Assembly: GCA_029858305.1 (NCBI GenBank)
Contig: JAOUFI010000029.1
Span: forward strand, 1 to 24,644
Source: Candidatus Thorarchaeota archaeon
Lineage (GTDB): Archaea; Asgardarchaeota; Thorarchaeia; Thorarchaeales; Thorarchaeaceae
Reading direction: 5' to 3'
Length of the DNA stretch: 24,644 nt
The notes under the pieces are model-generated. The model worked only from the letters and a program-made list of their open reading frames with translations, was not told the DNA's origin and did not search any database. The translations under genes were made by a program, and so were the position numbers. Positions within the stretch are counted from its first letter, which is position 1; each line of letters begins with the position of its first letter. This document shows positions 1 to 8,773 of the stretch, in pieces.

Positions 1-327
1 CTTGGCGATAGTGCCAGTTCGCTTCAGACAACAATCACTGTCATTGGAGCAGCCATGTCTCTTGCAGTAATAATAGCGCTCTATGTCAGTCGAAAGACTC
101 AGATTAAGAAGTTCGAGGCTGATGTGACCGACGGTAAGAAATGGATGCCTACTGAAGAAGAAGCCAAAGCTGAACAAGCTGCAGAGGATACTACAGAACA
201 AGACATGGAAGAACAGGGTGAAGATGTGTCTGAACACACTACAGAAGATAGTGTGGTGTTAGAGGAAATTGATTCTGAGCCTGATTTCGACGGAACAACT
301 AACGAGGACAACATTCCCAAAGATTAG
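1..327 (+). CDS. C-terminal fragment of a membrane-anchored protein (TM helix + acidic tail); gene starts upstream of the window
   Basis: Frame 1 is open from base 1 (LGDSASSLQTTITVIGAAMSLAVIIALYVSRKTQIKK...). A hydrophobic helix is followed by basic residues and an E/D-rich tail; stop TAG at 325-327. The ATG at 55 lies inside the TM helix. Confidence 0.8.
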   Translation, partial: LGDSASSLQTTITVIGAAMSLAVIIALYVSRKTQIKKFEADVTDGKKWMPTEEEAKAEQAAEDTTEQDMEEQGEDVSEHTTEDSVVLEEIDSEPDFDGTTNEDNIPKD

Positions 328-351
328 ACACAATGTTATCTTTGGCTAGTC

Positions 352-382
352 AAAAAAGGGGCGGGATTATTTTCCGCCCCTT
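352..382. terminator. Hairpin terminator between convergent genes
   Basis: Stem AAGGGGCGG (356-364) / CCGCCCCTT (374-382). The A6 run at 352-357 gives a U-tract on the minus strand just after the stop of the giant gene. Confidence 0.75.
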
Positions 383-387
383 CTATT

Positions 388-3300
388 TCATTCATCCTCA
401 TCAGATTCTAATTCTGTAATATCTTCAGATGGTTCGATTTCTATTTCTTTCTCTTCAATGGAATCGATATCCATGTCTGATGCACCTTCTTCCATGGTGG
501 TGGAATCTGAAACGACTGGATCCTTATCTTTCCGAACTCTAATGTTCGATGCGCGGTTCACAGCTTGCACGATTTTTGATGAGATAAATGGTATCACAAC
601 CAAAAATGCAACAGGCATGAGCACAATCACGCCAAGTTCATAGCTTTGTAGAAAGTCCATAGTTGTGACAGCTGCAGCTCCAACAACTACGAGGAACATT
701 AGGAATTTGATTCTGATTGAGGAGCTGTATCTATTGATCATTGTGTCTTTCTCATCTTCGATGATCGGACCTGGGGTGTTAGCATCCTGCATTTTCTTGA
801 GTTTCTTGAGACCACTGCTGACTTCTCTATAGAGATTGACAACAACGACAAGGATGGATGAGACATACGCTACAAATATCGTTGTCATGATTGATGGAAT
901 AGATATGCCAGCAACCTCGAATGCTTGGTCTATCATATTTGCCTTAAACCAATCAATCTCAGTTCCATAGTTGAGAATCATTATGATTACTACTGGTACA
1001 AAGAATAGATGCCAGAGACCTGCGAACATTCTCTTTCTACTTAGAGTTCCTCTGATCATGACTGCGGATACCGCATCTCGATAGAGCCATAACCCATAGA
1101 GAAGTACAGAGGCTCCTAGAAGTGCCACAGTGAGTATTAGTGCACCAGCATAATCACCAATAGAATTGAATCCCCATGAAGTTAGGATGCCTAATGCACT
1201 GGCAAAAACTATCATGAGATAGAGTCTATCCATGCGTTTCACAGATTTTCTTAGCTCTTCCTTACTCGTCCCAGTTCTACGAAGTGATGGAGAAATTCTG
1301 AAATAGATAAACATGCCAATCAGGCTAACTGCAAAGGATATGCCAGCAAACGAAGCCACTGTTTGAGCATCCATGACGCCAATATCAGGATTAGCGACAT
1401 ATAGGTAGAATGTATCTGTTGTTTCAGAGGATTGGACAAACTCGCCCGAAGCCATAACCAAAATGTCCTTTGTTCCATATCCTTCAGTAATTGGTAAGTG
1501 TTCGATGAAGACAATATAGAGTCCAACCAGGTCAGTTTCTTCTGCTCGCATAGTTGGCATATTCATTATAGTAATGTAAACTTCAAGTCCAGGGACCGGA
1601 TTTCCATATGCATCTATCACGGAGACAGAAATTAGCAACGAGTCTCCTTGAGTAGGAATTTCTGTATTGAAATCTACGAAGAACTCCAAAACTCCAAGTA
1701 CAGTGATATTACCCCTAATCGGATCCCCGGTCTGGATGTCCTCATGATTTACAGCTGCCGTGTATTCATATTTTCCTGGTGCCCAACCAACTGTGGATAC
1801 ATTGACTGCATAGAATCCTGGAGTAATCTCAATCAGATTATATGCTAAAGCCTTCACATAGAATGAAACTGTTGCACCAGAAACGGGTCTATCCAACCAG
1901 TCTCTTAGGGTCAACTCCAATCTTGTCCTATCACCCTGCAGAATTGTCCAACCATTTGTTGATACTATTGCAGCGGAAGCAGAGGCATCAGTATATGCTC
2001 TTATTCGAAAGATCTCCATCCATGGTGATGCATATGTTGCATTGACATAGATTGTGAAATTATTTGGCCCCATTAGGAAATCTGCAAGCATAGTCAGATT
2101 ATAGTCTGGATCGCCTGCCGAATTGATCTGGGTATATCTTGTCCCATTTATTTCAATTGTTACGCTTGTTCCAATAAAGACCGGTCCATATTTGTCTTTG
2201 ACAAAGACATGGACCTCGAACATAGAACCGCCCTCCACTCTAGTTTCATAGAAGACATTTGGTTCTAGTTCACCATAGACTTCGAAGCTGATAACGGTAG
2301 CAGGAGGACCAACGATGTTTGGTGTATCTACATTTAGGTCAAAACTGTGATCTCCGATTCCTAGATTCATACTATGAGTAAACCTGTAGCTTCCCAAGTT
2401 TGTTGAGCTCTCAATCAATGCGAAGACTTTTGGCCCACTCCTAAGTGTAACAACTGCGCTAATAATTGGATGTCCATAGGCATCTGTGATGTTGAACCAA
2501 GCATCCAGTGGTTCGTCCTGTTGAACTGTTGCTGGGAAGTTTGTTGATATAACAAGGTTTTCAGTTAATACCTGAACGATGAATGCCTTGGCTATCATAC
2601 CCACTGCGAGAGCATAGGGATGGTTTGCTCTAGCGACAACAACATGAATCCCCGCCTCAAGCTGAACCTCAGGAATATCTAGAATGTGTGATTTTTCAAT
2701 AGCTGTTGTAGCATATACAACACTGTCAATAGAAATTGTGACGGTGGCTCCTTCTACAACACCTCCTCGATTATCAAAGACAATTGCTCGAAACGAAGTG
2801 TTTGCACCTTGTTGTACAATATCAGGAACTTGCAAATCTACATGCAGCTCGCTTCTGACAATAAATACATCTGAGTAGAACATGTTGAATAGATGGTAGA
2901 ATCCATTGTCCACTGCAATGCTTAAGCTTACGGTCCCTATTGGCCAAGAAACATCCAATACCGCTGAGTATTTGCCCGCGCCTTCCCAATAGTAGAATCC
3001 GTATGTATTGGCACTTGGACCCTCAGGCACAAAGTAGTGAGATGTTACGAAAACATTTGCATCGTCTATGACCTCGCCATAAATGTTGAGAACAGTGACA
3101 TTAACTTGAACACTCTCTCCTTGTATTAGATCTGTTGACGAATATGACATTGAAACATCAAGAAGATAGCTACTATCAAGGTTCCTGACTGCTCCAAGAA
3201 TCATACGATTTATTGATGCAAATGGGTAAGTTGCAATTTCAACTCCTGGTACCATGTCTATATTCCCAATGACGAGAGGATTGCGAACCTCGCCCACCTT

Positions 3301-6042
3301 GACTGTCCATTCAACCTCTCCACCGAATGAAACAGATGTTAGGCGTTCATCTTGATCAGTAAATAATACAAACTCATCTTGATTATCTCCATCAAAGTCA
3401 GCAACAGTGGCACTTAGTGGTGTTGCACTAGTAATAGGTGTAACCCAGAGTGTTGAGAGTGATATATCTGCACTTGTAAGGAGAAGTTCTCCTGAGCTCA
3501 ATAGTATAAACAGCTCATCTGTGCTGCTCCCACCAGTATTATGCGCAAACACGTATTCGATATCTTGATGGGGAATTGCATAGTATGGTGTGTCATTCAC
3601 ATTTGTTGTCGTACTATCGAAGATAAAGATACGACCAGTGGGATCGGAACCGTTCCAGTAGTTTACTGCGGCAACGAACTCTTCGCGGTTATTGAACGAG
3701 TCATATCTACTCCATAAACCTACTGGGACTTGATCAGAATAGGCACTCAATCCGACATCAAGTGACCGAATGAAAGATAGATCCCCAGCATTGTGTATAT
3801 CGATTTCTAGATTCGATCTGAGAATGGCAATATATCCATCACCTGCAGTAGGAGAGTTTATCACAGAATAACTTCGAGGTACATCAACACCCACAAGATC
3901 CACTTTTGACCAACTTGCATCAGAATCCATTTTTATCAAAGATAATGGTGTTGTATCAGATACAAGCAGCAGTTCTTGATTTCCATCTCCATCATCATCT
4001 ATGACTCCCAGATAATTGAAACTCTTGTATGGGAACGGACATATTCCCTCATCTATCAATGACAAATCATTTCCATGAAATACGTGATATCCAAGGAAAG
4101 ATCCACTCTTATAGTAGTAGTCAAGGATAATGATGTCTGCCACGTTATCTCCGTCAAGCATAGCTGTATAGACTTCAAAATATTCCCAAACATTGCCTGT
4201 ATTCACTATGGTCACGGTATCAAGCACAGTCCCACTGCTTGAATATTGCGTGAGTGTGAGGTCTTCAACTCCCATCTCTTTTTCTATAGTGTAAATTACT
4301 TTCTGACCATCTGAGAGATTCCCAAGGTCTGATTGATGAGCTCTACTAGTTACATAATCCGTACTACTCCTATCAACCTGCCATACAAAATGACCTGCTA
4401 CAGTGAAATTTAGTGGATGTGTGGAATTGCCTAGATTCATTGTATTTAGGTATGTATCTTGAAACTCCATATAGTACTCATAGATACCGGATTGGAGATT
4501 TCCAATGAAAGCATAATATAATCCTTCACTATGTGATGCATACATCTCTTCTTGAGGTTGTACCCAAATTCCACTACCCCCAACTCTCATGAAAATATCT
4601 GCATACTCGATTTCTGATGCTTCATCAATTTGCACTTTGACAGTAACATAATCGTCAAGAATTGTTGGGTGAGCTGGATCTATAGGCAACTGCAATACAT
4701 CAGGCGGTGTTGAATCGCTAAGAAGCAGATACACGTCACCTAACACTCTGCAAATCACATCTACTCGTGAATCAAAATTCGCATCAATAGCTTCTATTTG
4801 ATAGGAAGACGAAACGCTTCGAACATCGATCAGATATTCAGTATACGCCCTTTTGCCATCTGCACCCCGAATTATCCCAAGTCCGCCATCCATTGTGCCT
4901 GTTGCAAGATCATCAAGTTCATCACTGTCCATTCGCCCCACATCTTGCCGCTTAATGCTTGACAAGTAAATACCGCTAGTTTCTCTTATTGCAAAGCCCA
5001 AATTACCATCTCTGAAGTATGCTTTTTCTTGGTTACGACTTATGATTACTAGATCGTCTTGTGGATTAAGATTGAAGTCACCAGTTTGGATTGTTCTATA
5101 TGAACTTACAAGAGGATCTACATTTACTGGCGCAAATGACGGAGCAAGAGTAGGTCCTGAATATACAACAAGGTCTCCGTTTGATTGAATTGTAGCAATT
5201 TCCTCCAGTCCGCCCAACCAATCAAATGTTACCATATCTTGCACAGCTGCACTCAGCATGGTATAATCAAGCTGGGTTCCATTAGCTGCTACGAGAGTCA
5301 GGTTTCTATGTGAAGTTGTTCCTGCCTGATTAGCCAAAGCTATTGAGTCCTCCGTTGGACTCGCAAACTTGCCTACAACAATGTCAACATAGCTATAATC
5401 AACATTGAACAATCCTATCGTGACATTTGATGTTAGATCGAGGGTCATGAAGTTATCATTGTTATTCGTGTTTTTTATGACTACATCAGGGAAAGCATCC
5501 CCGTTGAAATTGCCAAAACCAACTGCTGCAGGATAGTTGAAGGGTATTGGATACTGGAGCACAGTCGCATCATCTATGTCAACAACTAGAATATAGTACT
5601 GAGGATTGACGTAGTTGCGTATCAAGAACTCTGAATCACCATCATTATCAACATCATAGCCAACAATACCAGAACCAAGTCCCTGATCCCCTGTCGGAAG
5701 TGCAATATCGAAGGATACATCGTTTAGGATATCCACAAAGTATAGCCTGTCCTCATCATCTATAACATAGGCAAGTCCTTGATATCCTTGTACCGTTCCG
5801 GTGGTAATTTGGATGTTCGAAGCGCCGGGTAATGAATAGTGAAGGAGTGATTGTGACGGTATGAATCCGGCACCTTCTTCTAAATACGAGGTTGAGGTTG
5901 GTGATAATGAACTTAGAATAATTGGTGCAACCAGCATGAATGAAATGAAAAACAATGAAAGCAATCTAATCATACCAAGATTATTCGAAGTCATAGGTTC
6001 CGATTTTGGTCTAAATCTGCTCTCTCTTTTCATTATACTCAT
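388..6042 (-). CDS. Giant (~1,884 aa) cell-surface protein: signal peptide, FG-GAP/VCBS-like propeller repeats, Ig-like repeats, 7-TM C-terminal domain, acidic tail
   Basis: Uninterrupted ORF. The track starts at TTG 6120; ATG 6042, preceded by GGGGATG, is preferred. Repeated DxDxDG-type motifs (DVDNDGDSE, NFNGDAFPD, LDGDNVAD, DDDGDGNQE, DFDGDNQDE). Six (D/N)xxGxx(I/V)xxAxV repeats. Seven hydrophobic segments at ~580-1362. Confidence 0.9.
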   Translation of the reverse strand: MSIMKRESRFRPKSEPMTSNNLGMIRLLSLFFISFMLVAPIILSSLSPTSTSYLEEGAGFIPSQSLLHYSLPGASNIQITTGTVQGYQGLAYVIDDEDRLYFVDILNDVSFDIALPTGDQGLGSGIVGYDVDNDGDSEFLIRNYVNPQYYILVVDIDDATVLQYPIPFNYPAAVGFGNFNGDAFPDVVIKNTNNNDNFMTLDLTSNVTIGLFNVDYSYVDIVVGKFASPTEDSIALANQAGTTSHRNLTLVAANGTQLDYTMLSAAVQDMVTFDWLGGLEEIATIQSNGDLVVYSGPTLAPSFAPVNVDPLVSSYRTIQTGDFNLNPQDDLVIISRNQEKAYFRDGNLGFAIRETSGIYLSSIKRQDVGRMDSDELDDLATGTMDGGLGIIRGADGKRAYTEYLIDVRSVSSSYQIEAIDANFDSRVDVICRVLGDVYLLLSDSTPPDVLQLPIDPAHPTILDDYVTVKVQIDEASEIEYADIFMRVGGSGIWVQPQEEMYASHSEGLYYAFIGNLQSGIYEYYMEFQDTYLNTMNLGNSTHPLNFTVAGHFVWQVDRSSTDYVTSRAHQSDLGNLSDGQKVIYTIEKEMGVEDLTLTQYSSSGTVLDTVTIVNTGNVWEYFEVYTAMLDGDNVADIIILDYYYKSGSFLGYHVFHGNDLSLIDEGICPFPYKSFNYLGVIDDDGDGNQELLLVSDTTPLSLIKMDSDASWSKVDLVGVDVPRSYSVINSPTAGDGYIAILRSNLEIDIHNAGDLSFIRSLDVGLSAYSDQVPVGLWSRYDSFNNREEFVAAVNYWNGSDPTGRIFIFDSTTTNVNDTPYYAIPHQDIEYVFAHNTGGSSTDELFILLSSGELLLTSADISLSTLWVTPITSATPLSATVADFDGDNQDEFVLFTDQDERLTSVSFGGEVEWTVKVGEVRNPLVIGNIDMVPGVEIATYPFASINRMILGAVRNLDSSYLLDVSMSYSSTDLIQGESVQVNVTVLNIYGEVIDDANVFVTSHYFVPEGPSANTYGFYYWEGAGKYSAVLDVSWPIGTVSLSIAVDNGFYHLFNMFYSDVFIVRSELHVDLQVPDIVQQGANTSFRAIVFDNRGGVVEGATVTISIDSVVYATTAIEKSHILDIPEVQLEAGIHVVVARANHPYALAVGMIAKAFIVQVLTENLVISTNFPATVQQDEPLDAWFNITDAYGHPIISAVVTLRSGPKVFALIESSTNLGSYRFTHSMNLGIGDHSFDLNVDTPNIVGPPATVISFEVYGELEPNVFYETRVEGGSMFEVHVFVKDKYGPVFIGTSVTIEINGTRYTQINSAGDPDYNLTMLADFLMGPNNFTIYVNATYASPWMEIFRIRAYTDASASAAIVSTNGWTILQGDRTRLELTLRDWLDRPVSGATVSFYVKALAYNLIEITPGFYAVNVSTVGWAPGKYEYTAAVNHEDIQTGDPIRGNITVLGVLEFFVDFNTEIPTQGDSLLISVSVIDAYGNPVPGLEVYITIMNMPTMRAEETDLVGLYIVFIEHLPITEGYGTKDILVMASGEFVQSSETTDTFYLYVANPDIGVMDAQTVASFAGISFAVSLIGMFIYFRISPSLRRTGTSKEELRKSVKRMDRLYLMIVFASALGILTSWGFNSIGDYAGALILTVALLGASVLLYGLWLYRDAVSAVMIRGTLSRKRMFAGLWHLFFVPVVIIMILNYGTEIDWFKANMIDQAFEVAGISIPSIMTTIFVAYVSSILVVVVNLYREVSSGLKKLKKMQDANTPGPIIEDEKDTMINRYSSSIRIKFLMFLVVVGAAAVTTMDFLQSYELGVIVLMPVAFLVVIPFISSKIVQAVNRASNIRVRKDKDPVVSDSTTMEEGASDMDIDSIEEKEIEIEPSEDITELESDEDE

Positions 6043-6271
6043 CTTAGATACATCCCCAGTATTCTTGTTCGTTGTTTTATTCTCATTAGTCCTGAGAAAC
6101 ACTTGTTCAAATCCTCTCAATGCCTAACTCGCAGGGCGAATCCTAAAAGCGCTGCTCAGAAATGTTCAGTTTTCATCCTTTTATCGATTCTGTGCTTCTC
6201 CTAAAGTAGAACCAATAATCTAAATATGATGCAGCTCTAGCAGAGCATTCAGGTATTTGGAGGATGCCATA

Positions 6272-7633
6272 ATGGTTGAGCATATCGCTGTAATCGGGTG
6301 CGGAGCGGCTGGTGCAACCGCCGCGTTACAAGCCCGAAAATTCGATCGGAAAGTGGCAATTACACTATTTAATTCTGAGAAGTACTCCCAGTACTCCCGT
6401 TGTGGTTTACCTTATACAATATCTGGGAAGGTCAAAAACTTTGAAGACCTTGTATTAATGCCTCCTGAGAGTTGGGCTGGATTAAATATCGATGCGAAAC
6501 TTGGCTTTAGCATAACAGACATTGATCACAAAAAACGTGAGCTCTTCTTCAGCGGTGCAGATGGTGAAGGAAAGCAAGCATACGACTCGCTCATCTTTGC
6601 GACAGGCGCAAAGAATGCAGACCCTCCCATCAAGGGTCTTGATAAGAAACGTGTCTATGGTCTTCGAACCCTTGATGACGCAAAAGCCCTTGCAAAAGAA
6701 GCTGACAAGGCAAAGAACTCTGTCATCATAGGAGGAGGCTTAGTTGGAATGGAAGCCGCAGAAGCATTTCATGAACGCGGACTCAACGTGACTGTCGTGG
6801 AGTTTTTGCCTCATATTCTTCTTGCAATGGTAGATCCGGACATGGCGCAGATTATTGAAGATCATTGCAGAGCGCATGGTCTTAAGATACTCAATAATAC
6901 TGCTGCTCAAGAAATTCTTGGAGGAGATAGCCCATCCAGTGTGACTGTGAAGAACAGGGAAACCGAAGAGGTTTCAAAGCTTCCTGCAGACTTCGTTGTC
7001 GTGGCAACAGGTGTGCGACCTGTAACCAATTTGGCTCAAAAGATTGGAGCTGATCTTGGACCCAGCCATGGCATCAAAACAGATGATAGAATGATGACAA
7101 ATCTGAAAGATGTATATGCTGTTGGTGATTGTGCTGAAAATTTAGAGTTCATTACTCGAACTCCTATGGCAGGTGGTTTGGGAACTGTAGCTGTTCGCCA
7201 AGCTCGGGTCGCAGGAATTAACGCTGCTGGAGGCGATGTGCGTTTTCCTGGTATTGTTGGGGCTAAAGTCACTAAGTTGTTTGGGCTTGAAATTGCTAGC
7301 ACTGGGCTTACAGAAGATATGGCTAGTCGCCTAGAAGTGCCGATTGTTAAAGGATCCATAAAAGGAAGCACGAAACCTCCTTATTATACGGGAGGGCAGG
7401 ACTTGAAACTTAAAACCTTCTTCAATAAAGATACGGGCAAACTTGTTGGAGGTCAATTAGTTGGTCTTGAAGATGCTGCAATGAGATTGAATGTTTTGAC
7501 CTTGGGAATCCAGCAGGATATAGATGCTGACGAGCTCTTTGATTTTGAAAATTGTTATGCTCCAGCAGTTTGTGATACCTGGGATCCCTTAGTTCAATCT
7601 GCTGATGTTGCAAAAAAAAGGTTGAAACGGTAA
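6272..7633 (+). CDS. FAD-dependent pyridine nucleotide-disulfide oxidoreductase, CoA-disulfide reductase/NADH oxidase family
   Basis: FAD motif GCGAAG; single active-site Cys in YSRCGLPY; ATGA; NAD(P)H motif GGGLVGME followed by VVE (suggests NADH); YAVGDC; C-terminal YAP. GGAGG at 6259-6263 precedes ATG 6272. Confidence 0.92.
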   Translation: MVEHIAVIGCGAAGATAALQARKFDRKVAITLFNSEKYSQYSRCGLPYTISGKVKNFEDLVLMPPESWAGLNIDAKLGFSITDIDHKKRELFFSGADGEGKQAYDSLIFATGAKNADPPIKGLDKKRVYGLRTLDDAKALAKEADKAKNSVIIGGGLVGMEAAEAFHERGLNVTVVEFLPHILLAMVDPDMAQIIEDHCRAHGLKILNNTAAQEILGGDSPSSVTVKNRETEEVSKLPADFVVVATGVRPVTNLAQKIGADLGPSHGIKTDDRMMTNLKDVYAVGDCAENLEFITRTPMAGGLGTVAVRQARVAGINAAGGDVRFPGIVGAKVTKLFGLEIASTGLTEDMASRLEVPIVKGSIKGSTKPPYYTGGQDLKLKTFFNKDTGKLVGGQLVGLEDAAMRLNVLTLGIQQDIDADELFDFENCYAPAVCDTWDPLVQSADVAKKRLKR

Positions 7634-7645
7634 TCTCTAGATGCA

Positions 7646-8140
7646 TCAGTCGTTTCTGATAATTTTGATGTTATGAAGAGCAAATTGGAAGGAACTCAAC
7701 TGAATGGGTGAGCTCGCTACTAGGATTATTCTATCAAGAGTGGTTCCTGTTTTCACATGGTCATAGACTGCTTTGACGATTTCCTCAGCAACTTCCCAAC
7801 TTGGCATTCTTGCAATCTCAAGAGCTAATGTGAAGAATCCGACACTTGCAACCTTTACATCCTCAGCATCTTTCAAAGCATCTTTTGCGGCTTGATAGAC
7901 GATTTTTCTTCGATTTGGATTCTGTATAGATACGCTGGGCCAATGTCTTACTATTTCCGCATTAGCTGCCTCTTTTATAGAAATCTCAAAACCGCTCGCC
8001 CCGCGCACACTGCCCTTACCATTTTTTTGTGATAATCCAACTGGAATACTCGGTGCTTTAACTACAAGACCCATTTCTGAATCGTCACATGGTCCTAATT
8101 GAACCGAGACATCAACGCCTCTAAAATCGTGATGTTCCAA
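7646..8140 (-). CDS. Hypothetical protein, probable degenerate macrodomain-fold paralog
   Basis: TTG start 5 nt after the macrodomain stop, with GGAG upstream. The C-terminal half aligns by eye with the neighbouring macrodomain but lacks the Gly-rich loops. Confidence 0.65.
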   Translation of the reverse strand: MEHHDFRGVDVSVQLGPCDDSEMGLVVKAPSIPVGLSQKNGKGSVRGASGFEISIKEAANAEIVRHWPSVSIQNPNRRKIVYQAAKDALKDAEDVKVASVGFFTLALEIARMPSWEVAEEIVKAVYDHVKTGTTLDRIILVASSPIQLSSFQFALHNIKIIRND

Positions 8141-8145
8141 AGTCT

Positions 8146-8673
8146 TTACTCCTGCACATCATCGATTGCTCGATAGAAGCAATCGCAAGTATGCTTACTA
8201 AGTCCAACAAGTGTTATTTCCTTTACTGACCCCGAGCTTCTTGAGTAGTGCATGATACCTGTAGCAATAGCTCTTGCGGATTCTTGTTCTGTGAGCCCTC
8301 CGACACCTGCACCAATTGCAGGAAATGCTACCGATCTCAGATTATGGTCCGTAGCGATATTCAAAGCATTCTGTACAGACGAGGTGACTTTCCAAAATGT
8401 TGCCTTTCCTCCAGGCGGCATGCCAGCACAATGAAGCACATAGCGCGCAGGTAAAGCTCCTCCGCTAGTCATAACTGCATCTCCCGGCTTAATGGGCCCC
8501 AATGACATCGCTTCTTTCTCTATCTCAATCCCGCCCTTTGCCTTGATAGCGCCTGCTACGCCGGAGCCCATCCAAAGATCTGAGTTGGCCGCATTAACAA
8601 TTGCATCGACAGATAAGTCAACGATACTGCCTAGATAGGTTCTAACTACAATGTCCCCGATTTTTCTCTCCAT
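8146..8673 (-). CDS. Macrodomain protein (AF1521/YmdB-like ADP-ribose binding/hydrolase)
   Basis: VDAIVNAAN...GSGVAGAI, GDAVMTSGGALPARYVLHC, RSVAFPAIGAGVGG. ATG 8673 is preferred because the upstream extension overlaps the divergent gene. Confidence 0.93.
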   Translation of the reverse strand: MERKIGDIVVRTYLGSIVDLSVDAIVNAANSDLWMGSGVAGAIKAKGGIEIEKEAMSLGPIKPGDAVMTSGGALPARYVLHCAGMPPGGKATFWKVTSSVQNALNIATDHNLRSVAFPAIGAGVGGLTEQESARAIATGIMHYSRSSGSVKEITLVGLSKHTCDCFYRAIDDVQE

Positions 8674-8773
8674 GACGTTGCCTACCTTTATCGAGTGTGA
8701 TAATGTATAGGTGAACGTTTTCGTAAAAGGTTGTTGTTCCACAATGCTTTTTGGCAAATCAGCAGTACCTGAG

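Noticed and set aside
99-320. Ser-rich minus-strand ORF and the other short antisense or nested ORFs in the track
   Set aside because: Shadows of well-supported genes on the opposite strand or frame; no recognisable motifs.
1075-1090. YRD after TM3 resembling the GPCR DRY motif
   Set aside because: Residue order is reversed, and three residues are not evidence of homology.
1363-1520. GAIN/GPS autoproteolysis site before TM1, as in adhesion GPCRs
   Set aside because: No Cys/Trp-containing GPS motif or H-L-T/S site; the last Ig-like repeat runs almost directly into TM1.
8674-8773. Apparent head-to-head overlap of the macrodomain and Nudix ORFs
   Set aside because: Disappears with the downstream ATGs (8673 and 8774); the macrodomain motifs begin right after 8673.
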